Positions 52,090 through 61,631 are shown, counted from the first letter of the whole stretch. The stretch is DNA of 61,631 nt, filler included, from 5 parts of 5 records of this genome joined end to end with filler, not necessarily neighbours in it; one strand, 5' to 3'. Program-made: numbers and translations. The notes: a model not told the origin generated them from the sequence alone.

Positions 52090-52683
52090 TTACTTTTTTT
52101 CAAATTTTAATTCTTTTCCAGACAATAAATTTTTAATATTCTTTTGGTGAGTAATTAAAATAATCATTGTGACTATTATATAAGTAATACAATTAAGTGA
52201 AGTATCTTTCAGAATAAAGAATCCAATTAATGGTGCTGAAATAGATGCAAAAATCGCTGCTAATGATGAATAGCGCCAGATTAAAAAAACAAATATCCAA
52301 ATACAAATCACAACTAACGCCAGTTTAAAATTTAATGCAAATAAAATACCAACAGCTGTAGCAACGCCCTTCCCACCACGGAATTTATAAAAAACTGGAA
52401 AAATATGCCCAATCAAAACTGCTAACGAAACGCAAATAATTATAAAACCTTCAAATCCCAAATAATTTGCAATAAACAATACAAAAATTGCTTTTAATAA
52501 ATCCCCTAATAATGTCAAAACTGCGGCTTTTTTATTTCCTGTCCTCATTACATTAGTTGCGCCTGGATTTTTAGAGCCCATTGTTCTAGGGTCAGGTAAA
52601 CTAAAAATTCGACTTACAATAATTCCAGAGGAAATAGAACCCACTAAATAAGCAAACAAGACAATTAATAACTGATTTATCAT
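52090..52683 (-). CDS. plsY: Glycerol-3-phosphate acyltransferase
   Basis: GSKNPGATNVMR, GHIFP...GGKGVAT and HQKNIKNLLSGKE. Confidence 0.95.
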   Translation of the reverse strand: MINQLLIVLFAYLVGSISSGIIVSRIFSLPDPRTMGSKNPGATNVMRTGNKKAAVLTLLGDLLKAIFVLFIANYLGFEGFIIICVSLAVLIGHIFPVFYKFRGGKGVATAVGILFALNFKLALVVICIWIFVFLIWRYSSLAAIFASISAPLIGFFILKDTSLNCITYIIVTMIILITHQKNIKNLLSGKELKFEKK

Positions 52684-52717
52684 ATAGACTATTATATTTG
52701 AAAAATTATAAACCTTA

Positions 52718-53065
52718 ATGACTAACCATATTTTTCTTCATAAACTTAGAGTAAATACTAAAATCGGCTTCTTTGAATGGGAAAGATCGATTGAACAAGA
52801 ATTAATTATTGATATTGATATTGAATTAAGTGGAAATGAGATTTTTGAATCTGACGATATTTCCAAGACAATTGACTATGCCCAAGTTAGGGAATCAGTT
52901 CTTTCTGTGTCAAATGATCATAAATTTCATCTTCTTGAGCCATTTGGTGAGGAAGTAATAAAATCAATAAGAAAGAAATTTGCATTCAAAAAAATAAAAC
53001 TAAAAATTGCGAAACAAAAAATACTTCCCGATACAGATCAGGTTGGTATTGTCCTTGAGCGTTAA
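52718..53065 (+). CDS. folB: Dihydroneopterin aldolase
   Basis: IGFFEWER...Q, DDISKTIDY and HLLE; divergent from plsY as commonly seen. Confidence 0.9.
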   Translation: MTNHIFLHKLRVNTKIGFFEWERSIEQELIIDIDIELSGNEIFESDDISKTIDYAQVRESVLSVSNDHKFHLLEPFGEEVIKSIRKKFAFKKIKLKIAKQKILPDTDQVGIVLER

Positions 53066-53974
53066 TCATCCGCGTGGATGGTGTGTTTTATGAATTGTCT
53101 TTAATCTCTCCCTAGCCACATGTGTATAAATTTGTGTAGTAGAAATATCACTGTGCCCCAATAACATTTGCACCACCCTTAAATCTGCACCATGATTAAT
53201 GAGGTGAGTGGCAAATGCATGTCTTAATATATGAGGGGAAATTGATTGTTTGATATTTGCAATCAGCGCATATTTTTTAAGAGAATGCCAAAAAGTTTGT
53301 CTGGTCATTGATTTTCCATGATGAGTTACAAACAGATATTTTGATTTTTTATTTTTTAAAATAGCCCCTCTTGCTGATAAGAGGTATTTTTGAATATAAT
53401 CCATTGCATCCTCTCCCATCGGAACCAGTCTTGTTTTATCTCCCTTACCAGTAACCCTTATAACGCCATCATCTAGGTTTAATTCTGTCAATTGAATATT
53501 AACAAGCTCTGAAACTCTTAAACCGCAAGCATATAAAAGCTCAATCATTGCTTTATCTCTAATACCAATATCAATATTTAAATCAGGTGCCTCTAATAAA
53601 TTTTCAACTTCATCTTCACTTAAACTTTTGGGTAATGATTTGGGAATTTTAGGTTTTTGTATTTGCAAAGTTGGATCGGTAGTTATTTTTTTCTCTCTAT
53701 ATAAAAATCTATAAAACCTTCTAAGGGTTGAAAGTGACCTTGAAATACTTCGCGCTTTAGAAGAGGGAAATTTAAATGAAAGGTACTGCTGAATATCTGA
53801 TTTTGTAACATTTTCTAAAAAAATTGAATTTGTTTTATTAAGCCAATTTGAAAAATTATATAAATCAAATCTATAGCTACTAAGTGTGTTTCTTGATAGC
53901 CCATCTTCGAGCCATAAGTGATCTAGAAATTTATCGATTAATGCATTTTCTTTTTTGTCTGGTTTAAAGCTCAA
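53066..53974 (-). CDS. xerD: Site-specific tyrosine recombinase XerD
   Basis: LWLEDGLSRNT, LYACGLRVSEL, GKGDKTR, HILRHAFATHL, LLGHSDISTTQIYTHV and HHPRG end. Confidence 0.94.
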   Translation of the reverse strand: MSFKPDKKENALIDKFLDHLWLEDGLSRNTLSSYRFDLYNFSNWLNKTNSIFLENVTKSDIQQYLSFKFPSSKARSISRSLSTLRRFYRFLYREKKITTDPTLQIQKPKIPKSLPKSLSEDEVENLLEAPDLNIDIGIRDKAMIELLYACGLRVSELVNIQLTELNLDDGVIRVTGKGDKTRLVPMGEDAMDYIQKYLLSARGAILKNKKSKYLFVTHHGKSMTRQTFWHSLKKYALIANIKQSISPHILRHAFATHLINHGADLRVVQMLLGHSDISTTQIYTHVARERLKTIHKTHHPRG

Positions 53975-54049
53975 TCAATTTATTCCTCTAATTTTGAGTT
54001 TGGTAATAACTTATAAATTTATAATCAGAATACTTTTTTTACACAATAA

Positions 54050-54074
54050 AAAAAAGCCCCGTTGGGGCTTTTTT
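54050..54074. terminator. Rho-independent terminator downstream of rplS (bidirectional form)
   Basis: AAAAAAGCCCC-GTT-GGGGCTTTTTT. Confidence 0.9.
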
Positions 54075-54091
54075 ATTTAACAACTCGATGA

Positions 54092-54559
54092 TTAAGATTT
54101 CTCTTCTGTTGGAGCATTCTCTTCAGATTTTGCTTCAGGCTCTGCTTCAAGCTCCGGTAAGTCTACCTTTGGAATAGCTTCAAATTCACTATCACTATCG
54201 CGAGTATTTAAACGTTCACTAATTCTTGCTGATTTACCTGAAAGATTTCTAAGGTAAAATAATTTTGCTCTTCTTACATCCCCTCTTCTTACAACATTTA
54301 TGTTGTCAATTAAAGGTGAGTGCAATTGGAATGTTCTTTCAACGCCCTCGCCAGAAGAAATTTTTCTTACAATAAAAGAAGAATTTAAACCTCTATTTCT
54401 TCTTGCTATTACAATGCCTTCAAAAACCTGGATACGCTTTCTGTTTCCTTCTACAACTTTTACCCCGACGGCTACTGTATCTCCGACATCAAATTTAGGT
54501 ATTGATTTACCAAGTTTTGCAATTTCTTCATTTTCTAGTGTTTTAATTATATCTACCAT
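54092..54559 (-). CDS. rplS: 50S ribosomal protein L19 with acidic C-terminal extension
   Basis: [21 protein letters not shown] and [12 protein letters not shown]. Confidence 0.97.
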   Translation of the reverse strand: MVDIIKTLENEEIAKLGKSIPKFDVGDTVAVGVKVVEGNRKRIQVFEGIVIARRNRGLNSSFIVRKISSGEGVERTFQLHSPLIDNINVVRRGDVRRAKLFYLRNLSGKSARISERLNTRDSDSEFEAIPKVDLPELEAEPEAKSEENAPTEEKS

Positions 54560-54582
54560 AATTCATTTTCCTTTTTATTTGT

Positions 54583-55356
54583 TCAGTCTTGTACCTGCTC
54601 TTCTTCAATCTCTTTAAGCAGCCGAGACTCTTCTTTTGTAAGTGATTTATTTATTAATAAATCTGGTCTATTTAATTTCGTAATTCTAAGTGACTCTTTA
54701 AGCCTCCAAACCCTAATTTTTTCATGATCCCCTGATAACAAAACATCTGGTACATTTAAATCCCTAACAGACTCAGGTCTTGTAAAACTTGGATGATCTA
54801 GCAATCCATTTACAAAAGAGTCCTGATTTGCAGATTCTATATCATTTAATACTCCAGGGATTTGCCTAATTAATGCATCCATCAAAAGCATAGCAGGCAA
54901 TTCACCTCCACTTGTTACGAAGTCTCCAATTGAAACTTCCTCATCAATCCAATTGCTTAGTCTCTCATCAACGCCTTCATACCTGCTGGCAAGTAAAATC
55001 AAACCTTTCTCATTTGATAATTCTTTTACTTTTTTATGACTTAATTTCAAGCCTTTGGGTGTCAAATGGACAACCCTTCGCTTTTTTATTCCAAAAGTCT
55101 TTTCTTTTGCTCTTGCTGACTCTATTGATTTTATCAAAGGGTCAAACATCATCACCATTCCAGGGCCACCGCCATAAGCACGGTCATCAACAGTTTTATG
55201 CGTGTCAGCTGTAAAATCTCTTGGATTTAAAAAATTTAGGCTGACAATTTTTTTTTTAAATCCCCTTCCTACAACACCAAAGTTGGTGAATGCCTCAAAC
55301 ATTTCAGGCATAAGTGTTATTACATCAATTAAAAATATTTTTTTAGAAACTTTCAT
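54583..55356 (-). CDS. trmD: tRNA (guanine-N1)-methyltransferase
   Basis: VDDRAYGGGPGM, RYEGVDER, SIGDFVTSGGE and VPDVLLSGDH; start set at ATG 55356. Confidence 0.95.
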   Translation of the reverse strand: MKVSKKIFLIDVITLMPEMFEAFTNFGVVGRGFKKKIVSLNFLNPRDFTADTHKTVDDRAYGGGPGMVMMFDPLIKSIESARAKEKTFGIKKRRVVHLTPKGLKLSHKKVKELSNEKGLILLASRYEGVDERLSNWIDEEVSIGDFVTSGGELPAMLLMDALIRQIPGVLNDIESANQDSFVNGLLDHPSFTRPESVRDLNVPDVLLSGDHEKIRVWRLKESLRITKLNRPDLLINKSLTKEESRLLKEIEEEQVQD

Positions 55357-55846
55357 CCCAATCAACAATTATTTGTTGTTGCTTCAATTCAATATTTTTA
55401 ACAATTTTTTTTGTATAAGGGATTAATCTTTGTTTTTTTCCCTCTACAACAAACACATCGTTTGCCCCTGTTTCAATAAACCCTGTTACTTTTCCAAGTA
55501 AAAACCCATTTATATTTTGAATTTCACAACCAATTAAATCATTCCAGTAAAATTCATTTTTGTTTAATTTAGGAAGAGAATTTTTTGAAACTCCTACCCA
55601 ATAATTTCTAAACAAGTCAGCTTTTGTTCTGTCATCAATGTCTTTTAGTTTAACCATCATTTTTTCTTGATTAATCTTAACTTCTTCCACAAAGAGCTCA
55701 GACCAATTCTTTTCATCAGACGATACAAACCAATTTTTATAGTTTTTCAAAGTTTCAACTTTCTCAGTAAAAACTCTTACTTTGAGCCAACCTTTTACTC
55801 CAAAGGATCCGACTAACTGGCCCATCACTAAATAATCTTCTTTCAT
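55343..55846 (-). CDS. rimM: Ribosome maturation factor RimM
   Basis: GSFGVKGWLKV, EFYWNDLIG, ETGANDV, LIPY and VDWD. Confidence 0.95.
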   Translation of the reverse strand: MKEDYLVMGQLVGSFGVKGWLKVRVFTEKVETLKNYKNWFVSSDEKNWSELFVEEVKINQEKMMVKLKDIDDRTKADLFRNYWVGVSKNSLPKLNKNEFYWNDLIGCEIQNINGFLLGKVTGFIETGANDVFVVEGKKQRLIPYTKKIVKNIELKQQQIIVDWDESF

Positions 55847-55868
55847 TAAAAGATTACATCAATCTATT

Positions 55869-55923
55869 TTATTTTTTATCAGCCTCTTTACCGGCTTCTT
55901 CTTTTGGAGCTTCTTCCGCAGGG
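55869..55923 (-). CDS. rpsP: Probable 3' tail of 30S ribosomal protein S16
   Basis: Reads PAEEAPKEEAGKEADKK*. Assigned only from the conserved rpsP-rimM-trmD-rplS order. Confidence 0.55.
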
Positions 55924-56023
55924 NNNNNNNNNNNNNNNNNNNNNNNNNNNNNNNNNNNNNNNNNNNNTTAATTAATTAANNNNNNNNNNNNNNNNNNNNN
56001 NNNNNNNNNNNNNNNNNNNNNNN
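55924..56023. other. Artificial contig spacer
   Basis: N44-TTAATTAATTAA-N44. Confidence 0.98.
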
Positions 56024-56203
56024 ATTTTTAAAAAAAAAAAAATTTTTTTTTTTCATACAATAAATCAAAAATAATAAACTAATTAATGATAAGGACATGT
56101 CACTTAAAAATGGTCCTGTAATTAAAAAAAGAGGTAATAATGAAAATAAAAAAACTGGAAAATTGTAAAAAATAAACTTTTCTTTAATTGAATTAAATAT
56201 CAC
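56024..56203 (-). CDS. 5' fragment of a membrane protein, probably O-antigen ligase-like
   Basis: FSLLPLFLITGPFLSDMSLSLISLLFL hydrophobic start; polysaccharide context; truncated. Confidence 0.5.
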
Positions 56204-56353
56204 TATTCTAAATTTTAAATATTATAAATTTATTGTACATAATTACTATTTTTTAAAATGTAAAATCTTAATTATTAAAATAACAAACTATATTTTAAAC
56301 TTTAAAATCTATGATATAAATCATATATATTTATTTGATTTTATAAATATTTT

Positions 56354-57355
56354 ATGAACAATACTATATTGATCTATTCTCTAATATGTTTCTTATTATT
56401 GTTTTCTATTGCCAAGATATCTTTAAAATTGAATCTTATGGACTTGCCAAGTCAAAGAAAAATACACTCTATACCTGTAGCTTATACTGGTGGTTTAGCA
56501 ATAAGTATTACTTACTTATTTGCAATTAAATTATTTGATATTTCAATCAATAATTTAAACTTAATTTCATCGATAGCTTTTTTAATGGCCCTGATAGGTT
56601 TCATAGATGATAAATATACTTTGAATACTGGAGGTAAATTAAGTTTACAGATTATTCCAATTTTTTATTTGGTTGTTGTTGGAAGTTTAAATTTAGAAAG
56701 TCTCGGTAATTATAATTATTTTAAACTAGATTTAAACACATTTTCAATACCTTTTACAATCATAAGTGTTCTTTTTTTAACAAATGCATTCAATTATTTT
56801 GATGGTGTAGATGGTGTTCTTAGTTTTACATCAATTTCGACTTTATCAATTTTATATTTTCTTTCACCTGATGTAAATATGAGACTATATTTGATTATAA
56901 TTACATTACCTATTTTTATTTTTTTATTTTTTAATTTTTCAATACTAAATGTCCCAAAATTATTTTTAGGAGACAGTGGTAGTCTATTATTGGGATTTAC
57001 AATTTCTTTTGTCTTAATATATTTTGCAAATCAAAAAATAGTTCACCCAATTTTACTTGCTTGGTCAGTTTCAATATTTGTTTACGAATTTATATCAATA
57101 AACTTAAAAAGAACGATGGATAAAAAAGATCCATTTTTAGCTGGATTAGACCATTTGCATCATTTGCTGTTAAAAAAAATGAATTCAGTTTTTTTAGTAA
57201 ATTTTTTAATATCTTTTATGAATGTAATCTTTTTTATTATAGGTTACATCTCTTTTGAATTTATCAATCCATTAACATCTTTTATAATGTTCATTTTTTT
57301 GTTTATAATTTTTTTCATCACAAGAAATAATTACTTCTCTTTAAAAAATATATAG
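56354..57355 (+). CDS. WecA/MraY-family glycosyl-1-phosphate transferase
   Basis: DLPSQRKIH...TGG, IDDK, NAFNYFDGVDG, LFLGDSGS and DHLHH. Confidence 0.88.
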   Translation: MNNTILIYSLICFLLLFSIAKISLKLNLMDLPSQRKIHSIPVAYTGGLAISITYLFAIKLFDISINNLNLISSIAFLMALIGFIDDKYTLNTGGKLSLQIIPIFYLVVVGSLNLESLGNYNYFKLDLNTFSIPFTIISVLFLTNAFNYFDGVDGVLSFTSISTLSILYFLSPDVNMRLYLIIITLPIFIFLFFNFSILNVPKLFLGDSGSLLLGFTISFVLIYFANQKIVHPILLAWSVSIFVYEFISINLKRTMDKKDPFLAGLDHLHHLLLKKMNSVFLVNFLISFMNVIFFIIGYISFEFINPLTSFIMFIFLFIIFFITRNNYFSLKNI

Positions 57356-57373
57356 TTGATCAACTAAATTGAT

Positions 57374-58504
57374 TTATCTTTTGTTCAATAACAATTGGTA
57401 AATGTTAAGATGTTCTAAGACAATTTTTTCAATATTAAACTCTCTTTCAGCTAAATTTCTTCCTATTTTACCCATATTAATTCTTTCTTCTTGATTCTCA
57501 ATTAACCATTGAAGTGCATCAGCTAATTTTTTTGAATTTTTAACTGGTACAAGTAATCCAGATTTGTTTGGTATAATAGTGTCTCGACATCCAGGAACGT
57601 CTGTTGTCACAATAGCTCTACTTGCTGCAGCAGCTTCAGCAAGAGATTTTGGTAAGCCTTCACGATATGAAGGCAGACAAACAATATGAGACTCAGCGTA
57701 AAGGGAGGGTATATCTTTCTGGTAGTCTAAAACTTCCACCACTCCCTCTTCTCTAAGATTTTTTAGTTCTTCAAAATTTAATCCTGAAGGATTCTTGAGA
57801 TCTACTTCACCAGCTAATAAAAATCGAACTTCAAATCCCTTATTTTTTATTTGACGTGCTGCAGAAACAAGTTCGTATACTCCTTTGTCACGCAATAAAC
57901 GTGATGCAAAACATACTGTAGGCATACTTTTGGGCTCATCTAGTTTTGTAAAATGTTTTAAATTTACTCCAGAGCCCTTAATTAAACATACTTTTTTTAA
58001 GTTAAGAACTCCCCAGTTTATCAAAGATTTAGCATCTTCTTGATTTTGAACAATCACACGTTGATTTGGATGACCAAAAGAAAATTTATAAATAGGAAAG
58101 AGTAAAAATCGAAGAAATTTTGCCCAAAATTTTTCTTGAATAAATAAACTTCCAAGTCCTGCTACAGCTGAAACCACGCAGGGTACATGCATTAAACGAG
58201 CGAGAATTCCCCCATATAAATATGGTTTAATTGTAACTAAATGCAATATATCAGGACGCACTTTTTTTATTAGAGCCCCTAGAAAATATAATGTTTTAAG
58301 CTCTTCAAACAAATTAGTTCCTCCACGATGCATTGGAACAAAATAAGTTTTAAAACCTTTTTCTTTTAAATGACTAGGATTAGCACCTCCTAATTCTCCA
58401 TACCCAATAATAACATCGAATCCGGTTTCAAGTGAAGCTTCAGCAATTGACATTCGATGAGAAACAAAATATTTTAAATTGTTAACAATAAATAAAAGTT
58501 TAAT
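57374..58504 (-). CDS. Glycosyltransferase family 4; true start probably ATT at 58504
   Basis: TIKP, GLG, QNQED, GSGV, SRLLRDKG and PSYREGLPKSLAEA. The frame upstream of ATG 58453 encodes the conserved IKLLFIVNN..YFVSHR N-terminus, bounded by TAA, with GAGGT just upstream. Confidence 0.85.
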   Translation of the reverse strand: MKLLFIVNNLKYFVSHRMSIAEASLETGFDVIIGYGELGGANPSHLKEKGFKTYFVPMHRGGTNLFEELKTLYFLGALIKKVRPDILHLVTIKPYLYGGILARLMHVPCVVSAVAGLGSLFIQEKFWAKFLRFLLFPIYKFSFGHPNQRVIVQNQEDAKSLINWGVLNLKKVCLIKGSGVNLKHFTKLDEPKSMPTVCFASRLLRDKGVYELVSAARQIKNKGFEVRFLLAGEVDLKNPSGLNFEELKNLREEGVVEVLDYQKDIPSLYAESHIVCLPSYREGLPKSLAEAAAASRAIVTTDVPGCRDTIIPNKSGLLVPVKNSKKLADALQWLIENQEERINMGKIGRNLAEREFNIEKIVLEHLNIYQLLLNKR

Positions 58505-58525
58505 AACTTACCTCACTTTTTAATT

Positions 58526-60475
58526 TCATTTTGTATTATACCAAGATTGAAACATTAAAACATTCCACAAATGATGTTGCCAATTTTTTTTTCCTGAAAG
58601 ATGTTCGTCCCACTTGTTGCGAATTATATCTGAATTGAAATAACCTTCTTGTCTTAATCTTGTTTCATTTAGTAGACTTTCCGCCCAATCTTTAAGTGGT
58701 CCACGCAACCAAGTATCAATTGGAGCTGCAAATCCCATTTTAGGTCGTTCAATCAATTTTTTTGGCACATATTTATATAAAATTTCTCTTAAAATCCATT
58801 TGCTTTGACCATTTCTTAATTTATATTTTTGGGGTATCTTCCAAACGTATTCTACAATTCTATGATCAAGAAAAGGACTTCTGGTCTCAAGTGATGTAGA
58901 CATCGCTGCTCTATCAACTTTTACAAGAATATCATCAGATAAATAAGATATACAATCTAGCACCATCATTTTTTGTTGGTTATTAAGTTCTTTAAGTTTA
59001 GGTTTAAAGCCTGTTAAAAAAGTATTTGGCTCTTTACTATTTAAAACAACTTCACTTGGATTTTGCCAGTGTGAAACTAATTTATAATAAAAATCAGATA
59101 AATCACCAGAGTCCAATACATTTGCACCTTTATGCATTTTATCACCAAAATTAGGATAACGATTTAGAATTGGTAGAAATTTTGATAATTTGTCCCAACT
59201 TAAAGGGGATATTGATTCAATTATTGATCCTAATCCTTTTCTAACAGGCAATGGTAATAGACTTAAATTTTTCCACAAAGTATTACTTTTAATATATCTA
59301 TTGTAACCACAAAATAATTCATCTCCTCCATCGCCAGAAAGAGAGACTGTTACATTTTTTTTTGCAAGTTCTGAAATTAAAATAGTTGGAATTTGAGAGG
59401 AATCCGAAAATGGCTCGTCATAAAGTAATGGTAATTTTGGTATTACATCTAAAGCTTGTTGTGATGAAACATTTAGTTCAGTATGATCTGTACCTAGATG
59501 TTTAGATACTTCTTTTGCATAATTAGCCTCATTATAATTCTGCTCATTAAAACCAATGGTGAAAGTTTTAATTGGCCTTGAAGATAAATTTTGCATCAAT
59601 CCAACTATTGTTGACGAGTCAACTCCACCTGACAGAAATGCTCCTAAGGGCACATCGGAAATCATTTGTTGTTTTATAGAAGCTTTGAAGAGTTGCTCTA
59701 ATTCATCTTTTATATCTTCTAAATTTGAAGTTAATGGACGCTTAACACCATTAATTGCAATGTCTACCAAAGACCAATAAGGTTTAGATCTCGGTAACAA
59801 ACCATTTTTTAAATCTTTTTCATTTAATTGTAAGAAATTTCCAGGGAGAAGTTTATAAATATCTTTATATATTGAGTATGGTGCTGGAATACAATTATGA
59901 CGTAGCTGAAGTGCAACGGCATTACGATTAATTACTCCTTCAAACACAGGGTGTATTTTTAATGCTTTAAGTTCTGAACCAAAAAGGAAAACTTTATTAA
60001 CTCCTTTACCTTGCCATCCAAAATAAAGTGGCTTTTCTCCCAATCTATCCTTTACTAGAGTTAAAGTACGAATTTTTTTATCCCATAGTCCAAAAGCGAA
60101 CATTCCAACTATTTTTTTTAATGTCACTTCAACTCCCCAAAATTCTATTGCTTCTAATAAAGTTTCAGTATCTGAATTTCCTTTCCATTTTACATTAAAA
60201 CTTTCTTCAATTTCTTTTCTAATTTCCAAATGATTATATATTTCTCCATTATAAGTTAAAATAAACCTTCCTGAATTTGATTTCATCGGCTGATGTCCTG
60301 CTGGTGATAAATCTATGACTGATAATCTTTGATGACCCATGACAATTCCTGAATTATTATCATTCCATGTTCCATGGTTATTAGGACCTCTATGAGAGAT
60401 AGCTAAATTCATTTTTGAAATTATATTATCAAATTCTAATGAAGACTTAGAATAAAAGCCACAAATCCCACACAT
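58526..60475 (-). CDS. asnB: AsnB-like glutamine amidotransferase (polysaccharide amidation type)
   Basis: [33 protein letters not shown] and KVDRAAM; located in a polysaccharide cluster. Confidence 0.9.
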   Translation of the reverse strand: MCGICGFYSKSSLEFDNIISKMNLAISHRGPNNHGTWNDNNSGIVMGHQRLSVIDLSPAGHQPMKSNSGRFILTYNGEIYNHLEIRKEIEESFNVKWKGNSDTETLLEAIEFWGVEVTLKKIVGMFAFGLWDKKIRTLTLVKDRLGEKPLYFGWQGKGVNKVFLFGSELKALKIHPVFEGVINRNAVALQLRHNCIPAPYSIYKDIYKLLPGNFLQLNEKDLKNGLLPRSKPYWSLVDIAINGVKRPLTSNLEDIKDELEQLFKASIKQQMISDVPLGAFLSGGVDSSTIVGLMQNLSSRPIKTFTIGFNEQNYNEANYAKEVSKHLGTDHTELNVSSQQALDVIPKLPLLYDEPFSDSSQIPTILISELAKKNVTVSLSGDGGDELFCGYNRYIKSNTLWKNLSLLPLPVRKGLGSIIESISPLSWDKLSKFLPILNRYPNFGDKMHKGANVLDSGDLSDFYYKLVSHWQNPSEVVLNSKEPNTFLTGFKPKLKELNNQQKMMVLDCISYLSDDILVKVDRAAMSTSLETRSPFLDHRIVEYVWKIPQKYKLRNGQSKWILREILYKYVPKKLIERPKMGFAAPIDTWLRGPLKDWAESLLNETRLRQEGYFNSDIIRNKWDEHLSGKKNWQHHLWNVLMFQSWYNTK

Positions 60476-60478
60476 ATC

Positions 60479-61306
60479 CTATTTTTTTTTTAACCCAACT
60501 GCAGTCCAAAAAGGAACTGTGTTGCTAAATTTAATTTTATATAGTCCAGCTTGCTTCATCATCTTATATATCTCGTCTTTTGTAAAACGTTTCTCCAAAG
60601 GTGTACCAAATCTGTCTCTTGAGTCTGTTCGCATTACATAAAAACTTCTATATCGATATGCATGAAGTGGAAAGTTATTAAAATCAAATCCAAGTTTTTC
60701 AATTATTAACGAAATTTTTGCAAATGGATAATAGATAAAGATTGCAATAATATCACAAATTAGAAATTTTAAAAATTTAGGTAATCTGTAGATGATTAAT
60801 CTTAACAAATTTGAAAAGCTCCAAAAATATTTAAACCAAAAAGGGCGATTATCAAATTTATAATAAATATAAATAAGAAAAGGTGCTCCAGGTTTAAGTA
60901 GCTTTGAACAGGATTTAATTGCCTCCACTGTGTCTGGAACATGATGTAAGACACCTAATGAATATCCAAAATCTTGACTTTCTTTTTTTATACCACTGTT
61001 ATCTAGTGATTTTTTATAATAAGTAATATTTTTTAATTTTTTTAGTTTTTTTTTTGCAACCTTTATTGCATCAGATGGTTCAACACAATTTAAATGTTTA
61101 ACTCTAGGTGCAACTAATTCAGCCCATCTTCCACTTCCGCACCCCATGTCAAAACCTTTTGCAAACTTTGACAAACTACTCCATGGAAAAATTGAAAAAT
61201 AACTTTTAAACATTTCAATTATTTCCTCTTTTTTCATGCCTGACTGGTCATAACGAAGCCATTCATCCCCAAAACTCTTAACAGTTTTTAAATCAATATT
61301 TTTCAT
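60479..61306 (-). CDS. Class I SAM-dependent methyltransferase (polysaccharide cluster)
   Basis: DMGCGSGRW, GVLHHVPD and LKPGAP. Confidence 0.88.
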   Translation of the reverse strand: MKNIDLKTVKSFGDEWLRYDQSGMKKEEIIEMFKSYFSIFPWSSLSKFAKGFDMGCGSGRWAELVAPRVKHLNCVEPSDAIKVAKKKLKKLKNITYYKKSLDNSGIKKESQDFGYSLGVLHHVPDTVEAIKSCSKLLKPGAPFLIYIYYKFDNRPFWFKYFWSFSNLLRLIIYRLPKFLKFLICDIIAIFIYYPFAKISLIIEKLGFDFNNFPLHAYRYRSFYVMRTDSRDRFGTPLEKRFTKDEIYKMMKQAGLYKIKFSNTVPFWTAVGLKKK

Positions 61307-61317
61307 TACTAATAAAA

Positions 61318-61631
61318 TTATAATCTTAAATCAACTTGATCCTCTGAAAATAAATATTTTAAATCATAAATTATGTGTTTTTTTTTGCATAACTTTAAAA
61401 TACTTTTAATGCCCATATTTCTAAATTTGTCATGAGCTACTGCAATCAAAATTCCATCGTAGGTATTTAAATCAAGTATTGATTTCGGTCGTATTCCGTA
61501 AATTTTTTTTATTTCTTCAATATCAACCCAAGGATCATAAAGATCTACCTTGCATTTATTTTTAAATAATTCTTTTACTACTCTAACAACACCAGAATTT
61601 CTTATATCGGCACAATTTTCTTTAAAAGTTA
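61318..61631 (-). CDS. Nucleotide-sugar dehydrogenase (TviB/WbpO-like), 3' fragment
   Basis: Hand translation: TFKENCADIRNS...YDPWV...IAVAHDKF...IYDLKYLF...DLRL*. Confidence 0.85.
   Translation of the reverse strand, partial: TFKENCADIRNSGVVRVVKELFKNKCKVDLYDPWVDIEEIKKIYGIRPKSILDLNTYDGILIAVAHDKFRNMGIKSILKLCKKKHIIYDLKYLFSEDQVDLRL

Noticed and set aside
53066-53974. Tyrosine recombinase as a mobile-element integrase
   Set aside because: Sequence and position next to rplS fit chromosomal XerD.

Overview
This window is not one locus. It is five unrelated contigs joined by artificial 100-bp spacers (44 N + TTAATTAATTAA + 44 N) at 23310-23409, 40029-40128, 46961-47060 and 55924-56023. Taxonomic labels are inferred from composition and protein style only. 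Contig 1 (1-23309; AT-rich, streamlined, SAR86-like gammaproteobacterium) holds a tRNA-Pro fragment, carboxylesterase, wecA-like gene, photolyase, fumC and guaBA, then an accessory redox block ending in an HxlR/DUF24 regulator. Contig 2 (23410-40028; mid-GC, OM60/Halieaceae-like) holds an EPS/O-antigen operon with MarR-EPS, ops, rfaH and H-NS, plus a mesX-mesD folate-independent methionine synthase operon. Contigs 3 and 4 (40129-46960, 47061-55923; AT-rich betaproteobacterium, OM43-like) are housekeeping: rpoBC-rpsL-rpsG-fusA, and rpoD-dnaG-rpsU through rpsP-rimM-trmD-rplS. Contig 5 (56024-61631; very AT-rich, Pelagibacterales-like) is a surface-polysaccharide cluster. The best novel-system candidate is in contig 1. 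A 24-bp palindromic site (21/24 identical copies) covers the hxlR promoter and recurs 8.6 kb away, upstream of a nucleotide-carrier-like (AAA/NTT family) transporter followed by an NAD(P)H-dependent enoyl/quinone reductase that carries an apparent Sec signal peptide. Other notable items: an iota-class carbonic anhydrase candidate; two genes in different contigs with the same uORF/ATT-start architecture; a readable MarR-EPS operator/promoter/ops unit; and a structured leader upstream of mesX-mesD. No CRISPR array, rRNA or transposase was seen.
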